Below the pieces are notes generated by a model that was not told the origin of the DNA, did not search any database, and saw only the letters and a list, made by a program, of their open reading frames with translations. A stretch of 64,000 nt of DNA, from NCBI GenBank assembly GCA_963668315.1, contig OY764216.1, positions 1,760,001 through 1,824,000 on the forward strand, written 5' to 3'. The stretch's first letter is position 1. The number at the start of each line of letters is the position of its first letter. Positions 9,323 to 20,390 of the stretch are shown here, piece by piece. The translations under genes and the position numbers were made by a program. This DNA is from Spirochaetia bacterium (GTDB lineage: Bacteria; Spirochaetota; Spirochaetia; DSM-2461).

Positions 9323-10417
9323 ATGAAAAAGTTATTTCTCGTGTCGGTTTTAGCTGCATCCCTCTGCGGAGCCGGACTTTTTGCCAATGGAGGAGGAGAA
9401 AAACTCGATATCGGCCTTGCCATGCCCGAAACCCATGTTGAAAGATGGCAGAAAGACGGAGCCTCCCTGCTGGAAGATGCCACGGCCAAAGGCTACAAAG
9501 CCGAGGTTGCCTACGGCGATGCCGATCAGGGAAAGCAGAATCAGCAGATCGAAGACTTCATCACCAAGGGAGCGAAACTTCTTGTTATCGGTTCCGTTAA
9601 CGAAGGAGTAGGATCGGTTGTTTCCGACGCAGCCAAGGAAGATATCCAAGTTATCGCCTACGACCGTCTTATTACCGGTTCCGGTGACTATGACTACTAT
9701 ATTACCTTTGATAACTACAAGGTAGGACAGTTCCAGGGACAGGGCATCGTAGACGCTCTCGCACTGGACAAAGCCACCGGTACCAAATTCATCACTCTTT
9801 TCGCCGGTTCCCCCACGGACAACAACGCCAACTTCTTCTTTGACGGCGCCATGTCCGTACTGAACCCCTATATCGAAAAGGGCGTTCTGAAAGTTGTCGG
9901 ACCCTATCCCAAGACTTCCGCCGATAAGAGCAATTTCACCAAAATCGCCACGGAAAACTGGAAAGCCGACATCGCCAAGGCCAGAATGGAAAACCTTCTG
10001 AACAACGATGCCAACGACGTCGTTCTGGATGCCGTTCTTGCTCCCAATGACACCCTGGCCCGGGCCATCATCGAAGCCTGTTCCACCGATGCCAAATATG
10101 ACACCACGGAAAAACTTCCTGTCGTAACCGGTCAGGATGGTGAAATCGCCTCCGTTAAGTACATCCGTGACGGAAAACAGGCCATGACCGTATTCAAGGA
10201 TACCAGAAGCCTGGCTGCCGCCGCCATCGAGCTGGCCGACGCTCTGCTCAAGGGAAATGAACCCAATATCAAGGGTGCCCGTCTGGATACCTCTTCCTAC
10301 AATACGGGGAAGAAGGTTGTAAAGTCCTACCTCCTCGAGCCTGTTATGGTTACCAAAGACAACTATGTGGAAGTATTCCTTTCCAGCGGATATTACAAAT
10401 CTGAAGATCTGCAGTAA
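9323..10417 (+). CDS. ChvE/SbpA-like multiple-monosaccharide binding protein
   Basis: MPE..ERWQKDG, IAYDRLI, YYITFDNYKVG, GSPTDNNA, VVTGQD, MTVFKDT. SD AAGGAG. Confidence 0.9.
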   Translation: MKKLFLVSVLAASLCGAGLFANGGGEKLDIGLAMPETHVERWQKDGASLLEDATAKGYKAEVAYGDADQGKQNQQIEDFITKGAKLLVIGSVNEGVGSVVSDAAKEDIQVIAYDRLITGSGDYDYYITFDNYKVGQFQGQGIVDALALDKATGTKFITLFAGSPTDNNANFFFDGAMSVLNPYIEKGVLKVVGPYPKTSADKSNFTKIATENWKADIAKARMENLLNNDANDVVLDAVLAPNDTLARAIIEACSTDAKYDTTEKLPVVTGQDGEIASVKYIRDGKQAMTVFKDTRSLAAAAIELADALLKGNEPNIKGARLDTSSYNTGKKVVKSYLLEPVMVTKDNYVEVFLSSGYYKSEDLQ

Positions 10418-10440
10418 TCGGGTATAACATTTGAGGCACC

Positions 10441-10479
10441 GCCGGCTCTCTTCGGGTCATCGTCTCGGGGAGAGCCGGC
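10441..10479 (+). promoter_or_regulatory. Intercistronic hairpin after the binding-protein gene (probable mRNA stabiliser/attenuator)
   Basis: GCCGGCTCTC...GAGAGCCGGC inverted repeat with no long T-run. Confidence 0.55.
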
Positions 10480-10497
10480 TTAAACAGGATTAGAAAG

Positions 10498-12021
10498 GTG
10501 AGTGAATACATATTGGAGGTCCGAAATCTGATAAAGGAGTTTCCCGGAGTCAGAGCTTTGGACAACGTAAATTTCAAAGTGAAAAAAGGTGAGATCCACT
10601 GTCTGGTTGGGGAGAACGGCGCCGGTAAATCCACCCTGATGAATGTTATCAGCGGTGTATATCCCATTGGGAGCTACGAGGGTGACGTCTTTCTTCACGG
10701 CAACAAGACTCACTATAAAAGCGTTAGGGAGAGCGAGAAGGACCGCTTGGCCATTATCCACCAGGAACTGGCTCTGAGTCCCTATCTTTCCATTTTTGAG
10801 AATATTTTTCTGGGTCATATTAAAACAAAGACCGGTATTATCAACTGGGATAAGCTGATTATGGATTCCCGGCCGTTCCTGGCGCGGGTCGGGCTGAATG
10901 AAAACCCCGAGACCATCGTGAGCAAAATCGGCGTGGGCAAGCAGCAGCTTGTTGAAATCGCCCGGGCCCTGTCCAAGAATACGGAGGTGCTGATCCTCGA
11001 TGAGCCGACCTCCTCACTGAATGACGACGAAAGCGATAAGCTTCTGGATCTTATTCTGGATCTGAAGAGAGAGGGGATCACCTGCATCATGATCTCCCAC
11101 AAGCTTAATGAAATTATGAAAGTGGCCGACACCATCACCATTCTCCGTGACGGCCAGTCCATCTGTTCCTATGACAAACATACCGACGAGGTGGACGAGG
11201 ATATTATTATACAGGGAATGGTCGGAAGGGACATGACCCACCGCTATCCCGAGAAAACCGCCAAGATAGGCGAAACGGTCATGACCGTGGAGAACTGGTC
11301 GGTTTACCATCCCGATTATCCGGACAAGAAAGTGGTGGACAACGCCAGCTTCCATGTCAGGAAAGGGGAAATCCTGGCTTTCTGCGGTCCCATGGGGGCG
11401 GGAAGGACGGAACTGATGATGAGCCTTTTCGGTAAAGCCTACGGGTCATCCTGCGAAGGCAGACTGGAGATAGAAGGAAAGGAGATGAATTTCCATACCC
11501 CCATGGACGCCATCGCCTCGGGCCTGGGGTATGTTTCCGAAGACAGGAAAGACCTGGGTCTTATTCTCATCCAGGACGTGAAGACGAATATTTCCAATTC
11601 CAGCCTGAACAAACTCGCCAAATGGGGCGTACTGGACAAGCAGAAGGAAATAGGCGAAGCGGAGAAATATAAAAAGGCTCTGAATATCAAAACGCCCAAT
11701 ATCTACCAGACCGTGCGGAACCTTTCCGGCGGTAACCAGCAGAAGGTTGTTCTCAGCCGATGCCTGCTGGCCGAGCCGTCCATTTTCATCGTGGATGAGC
11801 CGACTCGGGGCATCGATGTGGGCGCCAAGTATGAAATCTATACCATCCTGAATGAGCTGGCCGCCCAGGGAAAGAGCATCATTATGATCTCTTCCGAGCT
11901 GCCCGAAGCACTGGGAATGGCGGACAGGTTTTATGTCATGAACGAAGGTCTGATCAAGGGAGAGCTGATGCGCGGCGAGGCAACCCAGGAAAAGATCATG
12001 AAGATTGCGCTCAAGTCTTAG
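10498..12021 (+). CDS. Sugar ABC transporter ATP-binding protein (MmsA/GguA/XylG type)
   Basis: GENGAGKST, ILDEPT, LSGGNQQK, DEPTRGIDVGAK (double ABC domain). Confidence 0.95.
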   Translation: MSEYILEVRNLIKEFPGVRALDNVNFKVKKGEIHCLVGENGAGKSTLMNVISGVYPIGSYEGDVFLHGNKTHYKSVRESEKDRLAIIHQELALSPYLSIFENIFLGHIKTKTGIINWDKLIMDSRPFLARVGLNENPETIVSKIGVGKQQLVEIARALSKNTEVLILDEPTSSLNDDESDKLLDLILDLKREGITCIMISHKLNEIMKVADTITILRDGQSICSYDKHTDEVDEDIIIQGMVGRDMTHRYPEKTAKIGETVMTVENWSVYHPDYPDKKVVDNASFHVRKGEILAFCGPMGAGRTELMMSLFGKAYGSSCEGRLEIEGKEMNFHTPMDAIASGLGYVSEDRKDLGLILIQDVKTNISNSSLNKLAKWGVLDKQKEIGEAEKYKKALNIKTPNIYQTVRNLSGGNQQKVVLSRCLLAEPSIFIVDEPTRGIDVGAKYEIYTILNELAAQGKSIIMISSELPEALGMADRFYVMNEGLIKGELMRGEATQEKIMKIALKS

Positions 12022-12037
12022 TGAGGAGGTTACCAAA

Positions 12038-13225
12038 ATGACAGAAGCGAAAAAAGAGGACTCCTTCTGGGAGCTTGCCAAACATAATATGCGGAACTAT
12101 TCCATGTTCATTATGCTGGCCCTTATCATTGCCGGATTCGCCATTATGACCGGATCGGTAAATATCAATGCCAGAAATGTGACGAATATTTTCATCCAGA
12201 ACAGCTACATCCTGGTACTGGCCGTAGGTATGGTGCTGGTTATCATCATAGGGAACATCGACCTTTCCGTAGGGGCCGTCGTGGCTATCACCGGAGCCCT
12301 GGGAGCGATGATCTACAACACGGGCCTGGGAGTTTTTCCCACGATCATTCTGACCATGCTTATCGGAGGTGCCGTCGGTGTATTCCAGGGTTACCTCATC
12401 GCCTTTATCAAGATACCCGCCTTCATCGTGACACTGGGAGGGATGCTCCTCTTCCGGGGAGTCACCTATATCGTCACCAACGTGACACCCGTATCCCTCA
12501 GGGATGACAAGTTCCGGGAAATCGCCTCCGGTTCCATATCCCCCGAGATATTCCAGGTCGGCGGTCTTCATCTGTTTCCCCTGATTCTGGGTGTGCTGCT
12601 CATGATTTTTTATGTCATCGTGTCGCTGAGGGACAGAAAACGGAAAATCGTCAACGATTTCCATGTCCTGCCCTTCCGTTACTTTGTCATCAAAGCGGTA
12701 TTCCTCGGCCTGGTCGTCTTGATCCTCTGCTGGAAGTTCGCCAATTACCGCGGCCTTCCCACCGTATTCGTCGTTCTGGCCATCGCCATTGCCGTCTACA
12801 TGTTCATAACGAAGAACACGGTCTTCGGTCGGTATATCTACGCGGTCGGCGGTAACGCCCGATCCGCCAAGCTGTCCGGTATCAATTCGGAAATGGTTAC
12901 CTTTCTGGTCCATGTGAACATGGGAATTCTCTGCGGGCTCTCCGGTATCATCTTTACCGCCTATATGAACTCCGCTCTGCCCCAGGCGGGAAACATGTTC
13001 GAGCTGGACGCCATCGCCTCCTGTTTTATCGGCGGCGCTTCCGCTTCCGGCGGTATCGGCACCATTATCGGAGCCATCACCGGAGGTCTCGTTATGGGTG
13101 TTATCAACAACGGTATGTCCCTTATGAACATCGGTGCCGACTGGCAGTACGTGGTCAAGGCTTCCGTTCTGCTCCTGGCCGTCTGGTATGATATCTATAC
13201 GAGAAAGAAGGCGGGCGTTGTGTAA
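12038..13225 (+). CDS. Sugar ABC transporter permease (MmsB/GguB/XylH type)
   Basis: IDLSVG, IPAFIVTLGGM, GRYIYAVGGN, FELDAIA. SD GAGGAGG. Confidence 0.95.
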   Translation: MTEAKKEDSFWELAKHNMRNYSMFIMLALIIAGFAIMTGSVNINARNVTNIFIQNSYILVLAVGMVLVIIIGNIDLSVGAVVAITGALGAMIYNTGLGVFPTIILTMLIGGAVGVFQGYLIAFIKIPAFIVTLGGMLLFRGVTYIVTNVTPVSLRDDKFREIASGSISPEIFQVGGLHLFPLILGVLLMIFYVIVSLRDRKRKIVNDFHVLPFRYFVIKAVFLGLVVLILCWKFANYRGLPTVFVVLAIAIAVYMFITKNTVFGRYIYAVGGNARSAKLSGINSEMVTFLVHVNMGILCGLSGIIFTAYMNSALPQAGNMFELDAIASCFIGGASASGGIGTIIGAITGGLVMGVINNGMSLMNIGADWQYVVKASVLLLAVWYDIYTRKKAGVV

Positions 13226-13269
13226 GGCGAAAAGCGCGTACTGAAAAGATACGTTTGAAAGAAAAGGAG

Positions 13270-13309
13270 AACGGTCCGGCCAGAGTTTTTCTGGTCGGAC
13301 CGTTTTTTT
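13270..13309 (+). terminator. Intrinsic terminator of the sugar ABC operon
   Basis: AACGGTCCGGCCAGA...TCTGGTCGGACCGTT hairpin followed by a T-run. Confidence 0.88.
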
Positions 13310-13358
13310 ATGCAAAGGGGAGTGAGGGTGTTCGCACCGGCGGGAAAATCTCGGGTGA

Positions 13359-15737
13359 CTAGCCGTCCAGGGCGCTGTTCGCCTCGGGCGTCGGAATAAT
13401 CAGGCTGCCTGTCATAAGCCCTTTCTTCAGCTTTATATCGAGAGCTTCCCTGAGAACGTCCTCCACCCGTTCCACGGGAACGAATTCCACATCGTTCCGT
13501 ATCTCTTCAGGAACATCCTCCAGATCGGGCAGATTGTCCTTGGGAAGCAGTATACGCTCGATTCCCGACCGGTGGGCGGCGATCACTTTCTCTTTAATCC
13601 CTCCCACGGGCAGCACGGAGCCGCGCAGGGTTATCTCGCCGGTCATCGCCGTCTTCGTGTCCACCGGCCTGCCCGTCACAAGGGACGCTATGGCCGTGAA
13701 AAGAGTGATGCCCGCGGAGGGACCGTCCTTGGGAGTAGAGCCGGCGGGAACATGGATATGGATATCATTGGCGATGAAATCGAAATGGGTAATCTTCTCG
13801 GCAAGGCGGGATCGAACAAGGCTCAGGGATATGCGGGCCGACTCCTTCATCACGTCCCCCAGCTGCCCCGTCAGGGTCAGGCCGCCGTTTCCGGGCATGA
13901 AGGTTCCCTCTATGAAAAGGATATCCCCGCCCACGGGCGTCCAGGCCAGTCCTGTCACCACGCCGGAGGGAGCCGATTTATTGGCGCTGTCCTGGCGTAC
14001 GAGTTCTCTTCCCAGTATGTCGTTCAGGTTCTGCTGCTTGACGACAAAGGGGAGCTCGACACTTTCCGATACGATTTTTTCCGATGCGTAGCGGGCGGCC
14101 GCGGCTATCTGTTTCTGAAATCCCCTGACTCCCGCCTCCCGGGTATATTTATCAATAATCAGCTTGAGAGCACCGTCGGTAAAACGCAGCTGGGACGAAT
14201 CCAGCCCGTGTTCTTCCAGCGTCTTTTTCACCAGATGGTTTTTTCCTATGCGGAATTTCTCCGGATTGGTGTAGCCGTGTACCTGGATAATTTCCGTTCT
14301 GTCCAGAAGGGGACCGGGGATACTGTTCAGGCTATTGGCCGTGGCTATGAAAAAGACGTCGGAGAGGTCATAGGGCACTTCAAGGTAGTGATCGGAAAAG
14401 GTATTATTCTGTTCCGGATCAAGGATTTCCAGAAGCGCGGAGAAGGGATCGCCCCCCTGTGAGGAGGAGATCTTATCCACTTCGTCCAGAACGAATACGG
14501 GATTTTTCTGCCCCGCTTTCTTCATGGCCTGGATGATTCTTCCGGGCAGGGCGCCCACATAGGTCCTGCGGTGACCGCGAAGCTCCGCCTCATCCCTGAC
14601 TCCCCCCAGACTGAGCCGTTCGTAGGGCCGGTCAAGGGCTTTGGCAATGGATTTTCCCAGACTGGTCTTTCCCGTTCCCGGGGGGCCGACCAGCAGGAGT
14701 ATGGAACCCTGCTTCTCTTTTTTCAGCTTCATGACGGCCAGGTGCTGGATGATTCTTTCCTTCACCTTCTCCAGGCCGTAATGTTCTTCTTCCAGAAGGG
14801 TGCGGGCCTTTTTGAGGTCTATATCCTTAACTTCTTCCCTTTTCCAGGGGAGGGAGACAAGGAGATCCAGATAGTTTCTGGCTTTGTTGTACTCGGGGCT
14901 GCTGGTCTCCATCGTATCCAGTTTGGCCAATTCACTCCGCGCCGCCTTTTCCGCTTCCGGCGGCATTTCGGCTCTGAGAATCTTATCTTCGTACTGCTCT
15001 TCCTTGTCCTCTTCGTTAAGCTCTTCCCTTATCGCCTTCATCTGCTCCCTGAGCATATTCTTTCTGTACTGGCTGTTGGTTTTCTCCTGGAATTTCTGGG
15101 CTATCTCCATCTGTATGGAGAAGGTCTCTTTCTGAAGCAGGAGCATGTCTATGAAGCTCATGGCCCGGGAGCGCAGAGAGGTCTCTTCCAGCAGAGCCTG
15201 CTTTCTGGCAATATCCACCTGGATATAGGGAAGAACACTGGCTATTATCCCGTTCAGGTTATCCATCTGCAGGAGGGGTCTGATGAAATCATCCGCACCG
15301 GAGAGATGTTTCCCCGTCTCCTTTATAACCTGATGAATATACTTCATGATCTCATCTTCCCCTTCCCGGGAGAGATCCGTTTCATCCAGCCTCAGATCAT
15401 GGGTAGCAAGGAACTGCTTCTCTTCCAGAACGATCTCATGCACATCTACAATCGCCTGACTCTCAATGTGAAGAAGGAGGCCCCCCTTGTCCGTCGGGTC
15501 GGCCCGGGATATTCTGATAATCGTGCCTACCGGATAAAAACTGTGCGTGCTTAACCGTCCCTGATCGTCTTTTTCCTTGACGGTAAGGGCGATAACCGGT
15601 ACCGTCGTCATATCCGCTTTGCTCTCCAGAGCTTTTCTCACCGTTCTTCCCACCGTTATCTTTGTCTTTATTCCGGGAAAAAGCACCGTGTCAAAGAGGG
15701 GGAGAATCAAGTTTTTTATCTTTTTATCCATATCCAT
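13359..15737 (-). CDS. lon: ATP-dependent protease La
   Basis: N-domain VLFP, GPPGTGKTS, RRTYVGALPG, PKDGPSAG (catalytic Ser), GGIKEK (catalytic Lys). Confidence 0.97.
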   Translation of the reverse strand: MDMDKKIKNLILPLFDTVLFPGIKTKITVGRTVRKALESKADMTTVPVIALTVKEKDDQGRLSTHSFYPVGTIIRISRADPTDKGGLLLHIESQAIVDVHEIVLEEKQFLATHDLRLDETDLSREGEDEIMKYIHQVIKETGKHLSGADDFIRPLLQMDNLNGIIASVLPYIQVDIARKQALLEETSLRSRAMSFIDMLLLQKETFSIQMEIAQKFQEKTNSQYRKNMLREQMKAIREELNEEDKEEQYEDKILRAEMPPEAEKAARSELAKLDTMETSSPEYNKARNYLDLLVSLPWKREEVKDIDLKKARTLLEEEHYGLEKVKERIIQHLAVMKLKKEKQGSILLLVGPPGTGKTSLGKSIAKALDRPYERLSLGGVRDEAELRGHRRTYVGALPGRIIQAMKKAGQKNPVFVLDEVDKISSSQGGDPFSALLEILDPEQNNTFSDHYLEVPYDLSDVFFIATANSLNSIPGPLLDRTEIIQVHGYTNPEKFRIGKNHLVKKTLEEHGLDSSQLRFTDGALKLIIDKYTREAGVRGFQKQIAAAARYASEKIVSESVELPFVVKQQNLNDILGRELVRQDSANKSAPSGVVTGLAWTPVGGDILFIEGTFMPGNGGLTLTGQLGDVMKESARISLSLVRSRLAEKITHFDFIANDIHIHVPAGSTPKDGPSAGITLFTAIASLVTGRPVDTKTAMTGEITLRGSVLPVGGIKEKVIAAHRSGIERILLPKDNLPDLEDVPEEIRNDVEFVPVERVEDVLREALDIKLKKGLMTGSLIIPTPEANSALDG

Positions 15738-15784
15738 GGTTATCTCCTGTTTCTGCCTTCGGTTCAGAAAGGAACCGTTAGGAA

Positions 15785-15850
15785 AAAGTACTAATTAAAA
15801 AGAATAAGGTCAAATATAAATTTGACAGCCCTAAACGTCTAACCTATGAT
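15785..15850. promoter_or_regulatory. Back-to-back divergent sigma70 promoters (lon and EAL gene)
   Basis: + strand: TTGACA(15822)-17-TATGAT(15845). - strand: TTGACC(15813)-17-TACTTT(15790). Confidence 0.7.
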
Positions 15851-15858
15851 TTAATGGT

Positions 15859-17238
15859 ATGATAGAGGACAATAACAGGCCCGAGACAGACGGGGATGAC
15901 TGCCGGGAAAAGCTGAAAAGATACAAGATTGAGCACGAGCTGGACAAGGAGCATATTCTGCAGCTGGAAAAGCTTCTGAACCATGATCCCGATACGGGGC
16001 TTCTGCAGAGGCATATTCTGACGCGCCGCATGAACTCCCTCATCAGGGACGGCTCTCAGCCCTTTGCCTTCGGGATACTCAGACTCGATAAGAATTATCA
16101 GAGGATCCGCCATACCCGGGACAGAATGAAAGTCCTTCTCTATATCACCACCGAGCGGCTCAAACCCATTACGGGAGAGGATAACCTCTATCAATCAGAC
16201 CGGTCGGACGAGTTCCTTTTTATCCTGACCGACTGCCGGGATAAGGAAGAGGTGGAGCGGCGCATTAATCTGATGATAACCCGCGTCTCCGAGCCCCACA
16301 ACCCTCCCGCATCGGATCTGACCTTCGGGTGCAATGTGGGCGTCGCCCTCTATCCCGAACATGCCCGGTCACTCGATGAACTGGAAGTGAATGCCGAAAT
16401 CGCCCTGGGGATTTATGAAGAAAAAAGCTGGAACGGATTTATTTATTCCCCTGAGATCGGCGAGGCCCACTACGCCAATCAGTCTCTGGAGTATCTCCTG
16501 AGAAAATGCATTCTGAATAATTTCGAAGGATTTCATGTGGTCTATCAGCCTATTGTGGACAGGAACAAGCAAGTCCGGGCCTGTGAGGCACTCATGCGCT
16601 GGGATGCACCGGGGCATGGGGCGGTCCGTCCCGACAAGTTCATCGACCTGGCCGAGAAGAGCGGTCTTATCAATTATCTGGGGAAGTGGATTCTCTACAA
16701 AGCCCTGTCCCAGGTGAAAAGATGGAGATCGGAGTTCAAGCATGACATGATCGTATCGGTCAACCTTTCCCCCATCCAGCTGGAGCAGGAGAATTTTCTG
16801 GAGACCATTCTTACCGCCCTGGAAGTTATGGGCATCCCCGGCGAAGCGCTCCATCTGGAGCTGACTGAGAGGGCTGTGATTCTTAACCCCCAGGAGATAA
16901 AGAAGAAGCTCTCGGTCCTCCAGAAAGAGAAAATCGAGATAATGCTGGATGACTTCGGAACGGGATATTCCAGCTTGAGCGTCCTGAATAATCTCCCTAT
17001 CAACACTTTGAAAATCGCCAAGGAATTTGTCGACCATGTTGTCACGCTTCAGGAAGCCCGTGAGATGATAGGGGTCATTATGGATATTTCCCGTACCTTC
17101 AAATTTACCACCCTTGCCGAGGGAATTGAGACACAGGAACAGTTCGATTTTCTGGTAGGCCAGGGCTGTGAACTTATTCAGGGATATATAACCAGTCCGC
17201 CCGTGGGAGCAACGGAATTTGAAGAACGATTCCTTTAA
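15859..17238 (+). CDS. Degenerate GGDEF + EAL domain c-di-GMP phosphodiesterase
   Basis: RSDEF replaces GGDEF. YQPIV, EALMRW, VNLS, ELTE, DDFGTGYSS and AEGIE are present. Confidence 0.9.
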   Translation: MIEDNNRPETDGDDCREKLKRYKIEHELDKEHILQLEKLLNHDPDTGLLQRHILTRRMNSLIRDGSQPFAFGILRLDKNYQRIRHTRDRMKVLLYITTERLKPITGEDNLYQSDRSDEFLFILTDCRDKEEVERRINLMITRVSEPHNPPASDLTFGCNVGVALYPEHARSLDELEVNAEIALGIYEEKSWNGFIYSPEIGEAHYANQSLEYLLRKCILNNFEGFHVVYQPIVDRNKQVRACEALMRWDAPGHGAVRPDKFIDLAEKSGLINYLGKWILYKALSQVKRWRSEFKHDMIVSVNLSPIQLEQENFLETILTALEVMGIPGEALHLELTERAVILNPQEIKKKLSVLQKEKIEIMLDDFGTGYSSLSVLNNLPINTLKIAKEFVDHVVTLQEAREMIGVIMDISRTFKFTTLAEGIETQEQFDFLVGQGCELIQGYITSPPVGATEFEERFL

Positions 17239-17306
17239 GTGATTCACTTCCGTTCTGATAATTAGTATATTAAAGAAACAGAATCTACCTTTGGGGAGAG
17301 AATAAA

Positions 17307-18779
17307 ATGGATAAAATGAACGAAATGGGACTCATCGGTTTGGCCGTAATGGGACAGAACCTTGTATTAAATATGGCAGATCATAAGTTTTCCGTTGCCG
17401 TTTTCAATAGAACCTGGTCTGTGACTGAGCAGTTTCTGGCAGGACCGGCCGCTTCCTACGATAATATAAGCGGATATGAAGAGCTTCAGGATTTCGTTGA
17501 ATCCCTCGAGCGGCCGAGAAAGATAATGCTTATGGTCAAGGCCGGTAAAGTAGTCGATGGTGTTATTGAACAGCTGCTGCCCCTCCTGGAGAAGGGCGAT
17601 ATTATTGTGGACGGGGGTAACTCCTATTACGGCGATACGATTCGGCGCACCGCCGATCTCCGGGACAGGGGAATCGTTTTTATCGGTTCCGGGGTCTCCG
17701 GGGGAGAAGAGGGCGCCCGCCGCGGTCCTTCCCTGATGCCGGGAGGCAATAAGGACGGGTGGGAAAGCATCAAGCCCATCTTCCAGTCCATAGCCGCTCA
17801 GGCCGATAACGAACCCTGCTGCGACTGGGTTGGTGACGAAGGGGCAGGACACTTTGTCAAAATGGTTCATAACGGAATCGAGTACGGGGATATGCAGCTT
17901 ATCTGCGAGGCCTATCAGCTCATGGGTGAAGGACTGGGACTGTCCGCCGACCGGATGTCGGAAATCTTCGGCGAATGGAATAAGGGCGATCTGGACAGTT
18001 ACCTCATAGAAATCACCGCCGATATCCTTTCCTACAAGGAAGGGGGAGAGCCGCTGGTGGATAAAATCCTCGATACGGCCGGCCAAAAGGGTACAGGGAA
18101 GTGGACCGGCATAACCGCTCTGGACAAAGGCGTGCCCCTGACCCTCATTGCCGAAGCGGTTTACAGCCGCTGTGTGTCCGCTATGAAAGAGGAGAGAGTC
18201 CGGGCTTCCCGGGTTTACGAAGGACCGGGGCGGGAACTGCCCGAGGGCAGCGAGTTTAACGACTCATTCGTGGGTGATTTTATCGGCCAGATAGGGAAAG
18301 CCCTTCTCGCTTCCAAGATTATCTCCTATGCCCAGGGCTTTATGCTGATGCGTGAAGCGGCCGGGGAGTACGGCTGGGATCTGAATTACGGGGGGATCGC
18401 CCTCATGTGGAGAGGCGGCTGCATTATCCGCAGTACCTTCCTGGGAAAGATTCGTGATGCCTATGACAAGAATCCTAAGCTGGAAAATCTTCTGCTCGAT
18501 GACTATTTCAGGGATCTGATCTCCGATTGTCAGAACGGCTGGAGAAAGGTCGTCATGAAGGCTGTTGAGTGGGGGATTCCCGTTCCCGCCATGTCTTCGG
18601 CCCTCTCTTTCTTTGACAGCTACCGTTCCGCCCGGCTTCCCTCCAACCTGCTCCAGGCTCAGAGGGATTACTTCGGCGCCCATACCTATGAGCGGACCGA
18701 CAAGCCCCGGGGCGAATTTTTCCATACCAACTGGACAGGCTCCGGCGGGGACGTCTCTTCGTCAACCTATAACGCCTGA
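17307..18779 (+). CDS. gndA: 6-phosphogluconate dehydrogenase (NADP+, decarboxylating)
   Basis: [36 protein letters not shown]. Confidence 0.97.
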   Translation: MDKMNEMGLIGLAVMGQNLVLNMADHKFSVAVFNRTWSVTEQFLAGPAASYDNISGYEELQDFVESLERPRKIMLMVKAGKVVDGVIEQLLPLLEKGDIIVDGGNSYYGDTIRRTADLRDRGIVFIGSGVSGGEEGARRGPSLMPGGNKDGWESIKPIFQSIAAQADNEPCCDWVGDEGAGHFVKMVHNGIEYGDMQLICEAYQLMGEGLGLSADRMSEIFGEWNKGDLDSYLIEITADILSYKEGGEPLVDKILDTAGQKGTGKWTGITALDKGVPLTLIAEAVYSRCVSAMKEERVRASRVYEGPGRELPEGSEFNDSFVGDFIGQIGKALLASKIISYAQGFMLMREAAGEYGWDLNYGGIALMWRGGCIIRSTFLGKIRDAYDKNPKLENLLLDDYFRDLISDCQNGWRKVVMKAVEWGIPVPAMSSALSFFDSYRSARLPSNLLQAQRDYFGAHTYERTDKPRGEFFHTNWTGSGGDVSSSTYNA

Positions 18780-20281
18780 TCCCCGTCACTGACCAGGCGG
18801 ATATCTTCCCCCTCTTCCGTCAGTCGCCATTCCGTACCGGTCAGGCGACGGCGGAAGCGGCTGTCATGGCTTACCAGGAGGAGGGCCGTATCCGTCTGAA
18901 CCAGGGCCGATTCAAGAATGGTTATCGAGTCCAGATCCAGATGATTGGTCGGTTCGTCCAGAATTATCAGCACCGGTTCGGTCAGAAGTCCCCGGGCGAT
19001 GAGGAGCTTGCGTTCCTCTCCCGGGCTCAGATGTCCGCTTGACAGGAACTGGTCCGGATTTCCCCCAAGGCGTGAAAAATAACTTATCAGGGCTCCTCTT
19101 TTATCGGGGGCCATCTCCTCCCAATCCTCCTTCATCGATTTTTTTTCCCTTTCCCCCGTCTCCTGGGGAATATAGAGAATCCTGCGGTCCGGTGATGCCC
19201 CTTTGAGAAGGGTTCTTATCAGGGTCGTTTTTCCCGTCCCGTTATCCCCTGTCAGGGCAATTCTGTCTCCGGGGCGGATAATCAGCTCCTTATGGTAAAG
19301 CCGCTTATTCCCATTGAGTTCAAGAACGCCTTCCCCAAGGGAAAGAATCCGGTCGCCCTTATAGACGGCCGTTCTCTGGGTGATTCCGGTTTTCCTGACT
19401 CCTTCGGTCCTGAGGGAGGAGAGCCTGTCCTCGGCCTGTGATATCCGGCCGTCCATCTGTCTGAGCAGCTTGCCTCCCGTTCCGTCCTTACCGCTGATAC
19501 GGGCCAGATTTTTCTTAAACCGGCTGTCGTGATCCTTAAGATCCAGGCCCGCCTTGGAACGGCGGCGCTGCTGTCCTTCGGCAAGAGTCCGCCTGGCCCG
19601 GGCTTCCCTTTCCAGCCGGGAAACCTCCCGGACCGCCTCGCTGCGCTGTCTGGAAAGCGCTTCGTTCTCCCGGATTTCCTCTTCCATACAGGCTGTCAGG
19701 GAACCCGGTCTGAGACGGGCTTCCCCCTTTCTCAGGAAAAGATGGGCCTTGCAGAGATTATCCATAAAATCCCGGTCATGGCTGACGATAAGGCCTATTC
19801 CCCCGTACTGTCCCAATGTTTCGAGGATAAGCTGCCGGGAGGATGAGTCAAGGTGATTGGTTGGTTCATCCACGAGAAGGAGGTCCCTTTCCCTCCAGAG
19901 GAAAACGGCCAGCTGGAAGCGTTTTCTTTCTCCCTGGCTCAGGGTATCCCACCGCCAGGCCCAGTCATGGTCGAGTCTGAGAAGGGAGAAGAGACGGCCC
20001 GCTCCGTTATCCCTGTCGTAAAGGGCACCGGTAAACTCCTCCCAGCCGGGGGGAAGAACGGCCGTCTCCTGGGGACAGTAGGATGAAGGGGGCGAGATGA
20101 TTTTTCCCGAATCGGGAACCAGAAGGCCAGCGGCCAGTTTCATGAGGGTTGTTTTCCCCGATCCGTTGACCCCTGTCAGTCCGAACCAGCCGGGGAATAA
20201 TTCGAAGGAAATGTTGTTGAGAACCCTTTCCGCCGATGACGGATAGGTAAAGGATACCGATTGGAATTTAAGTGAAGACAT
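18767..20281 (-). CDS. ABC-F family ATPase (ribosome-associated, possibly antibiotic-resistance type)
   Basis: Two ABC domains (GVNGSGKT and [16 protein letters not shown] twice), long charged linker, no TM, no adjacent permease. ATG 20281 follows GGGAGG. Confidence 0.85.
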   Translation of the reverse strand: MSSLKFQSVSFTYPSSAERVLNNISFELFPGWFGLTGVNGSGKTTLMKLAAGLLVPDSGKIISPPSSYCPQETAVLPPGWEEFTGALYDRDNGAGRLFSLLRLDHDWAWRWDTLSQGERKRFQLAVFLWRERDLLLVDEPTNHLDSSSRQLILETLGQYGGIGLIVSHDRDFMDNLCKAHLFLRKGEARLRPGSLTACMEEEIRENEALSRQRSEAVREVSRLEREARARRTLAEGQQRRRSKAGLDLKDHDSRFKKNLARISGKDGTGGKLLRQMDGRISQAEDRLSSLRTEGVRKTGITQRTAVYKGDRILSLGEGVLELNGNKRLYHKELIIRPGDRIALTGDNGTGKTTLIRTLLKGASPDRRILYIPQETGEREKKSMKEDWEEMAPDKRGALISYFSRLGGNPDQFLSSGHLSPGEERKLLIARGLLTEPVLIILDEPTNHLDLDSITILESALVQTDTALLLVSHDSRFRRRLTGTEWRLTEEGEDIRLVSDGDQAL

Positions 20282-20372
20282 GTTTGCCTCCCGATTGATC
20301 ATAGGGGGCAGATAAAGAGGGCTTTGAGAATCCCCTGCCGGAACCCGACCGGTTCCCTGTCCGATTCTCCTC

Positions 20373-20390
20373 TTAGTTTCTGTCTATCAA
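20373..20390 (-). promoter_or_regulatory. Putative leader uORF (fM-I-D-R-N) upstream of ABC-F
   Basis: GAGGAGG-8nt-TTG ATA GAC AGA AAC TAA on the minus strand, followed by complementary segments able to form hairpins. Confidence 0.5.

Noticed and set aside
15808..15827. GTCAAA-N6-TTTGAC palindrome upstream of lon as a CtsR or other repressor operator
   Set aside because: CtsR boxes are direct repeats. The palindrome is fully explained by two back-to-back -35 hexamers, each with a correctly spaced -10.
18767..18779. Identical 13-nt convergent overlaps (gnd/ABC-F and HD-GYP/DRTGG at 39284-39296)
   Set aside because: Short tail-to-tail overlaps are common in compact genomes, and the two share no sequence.
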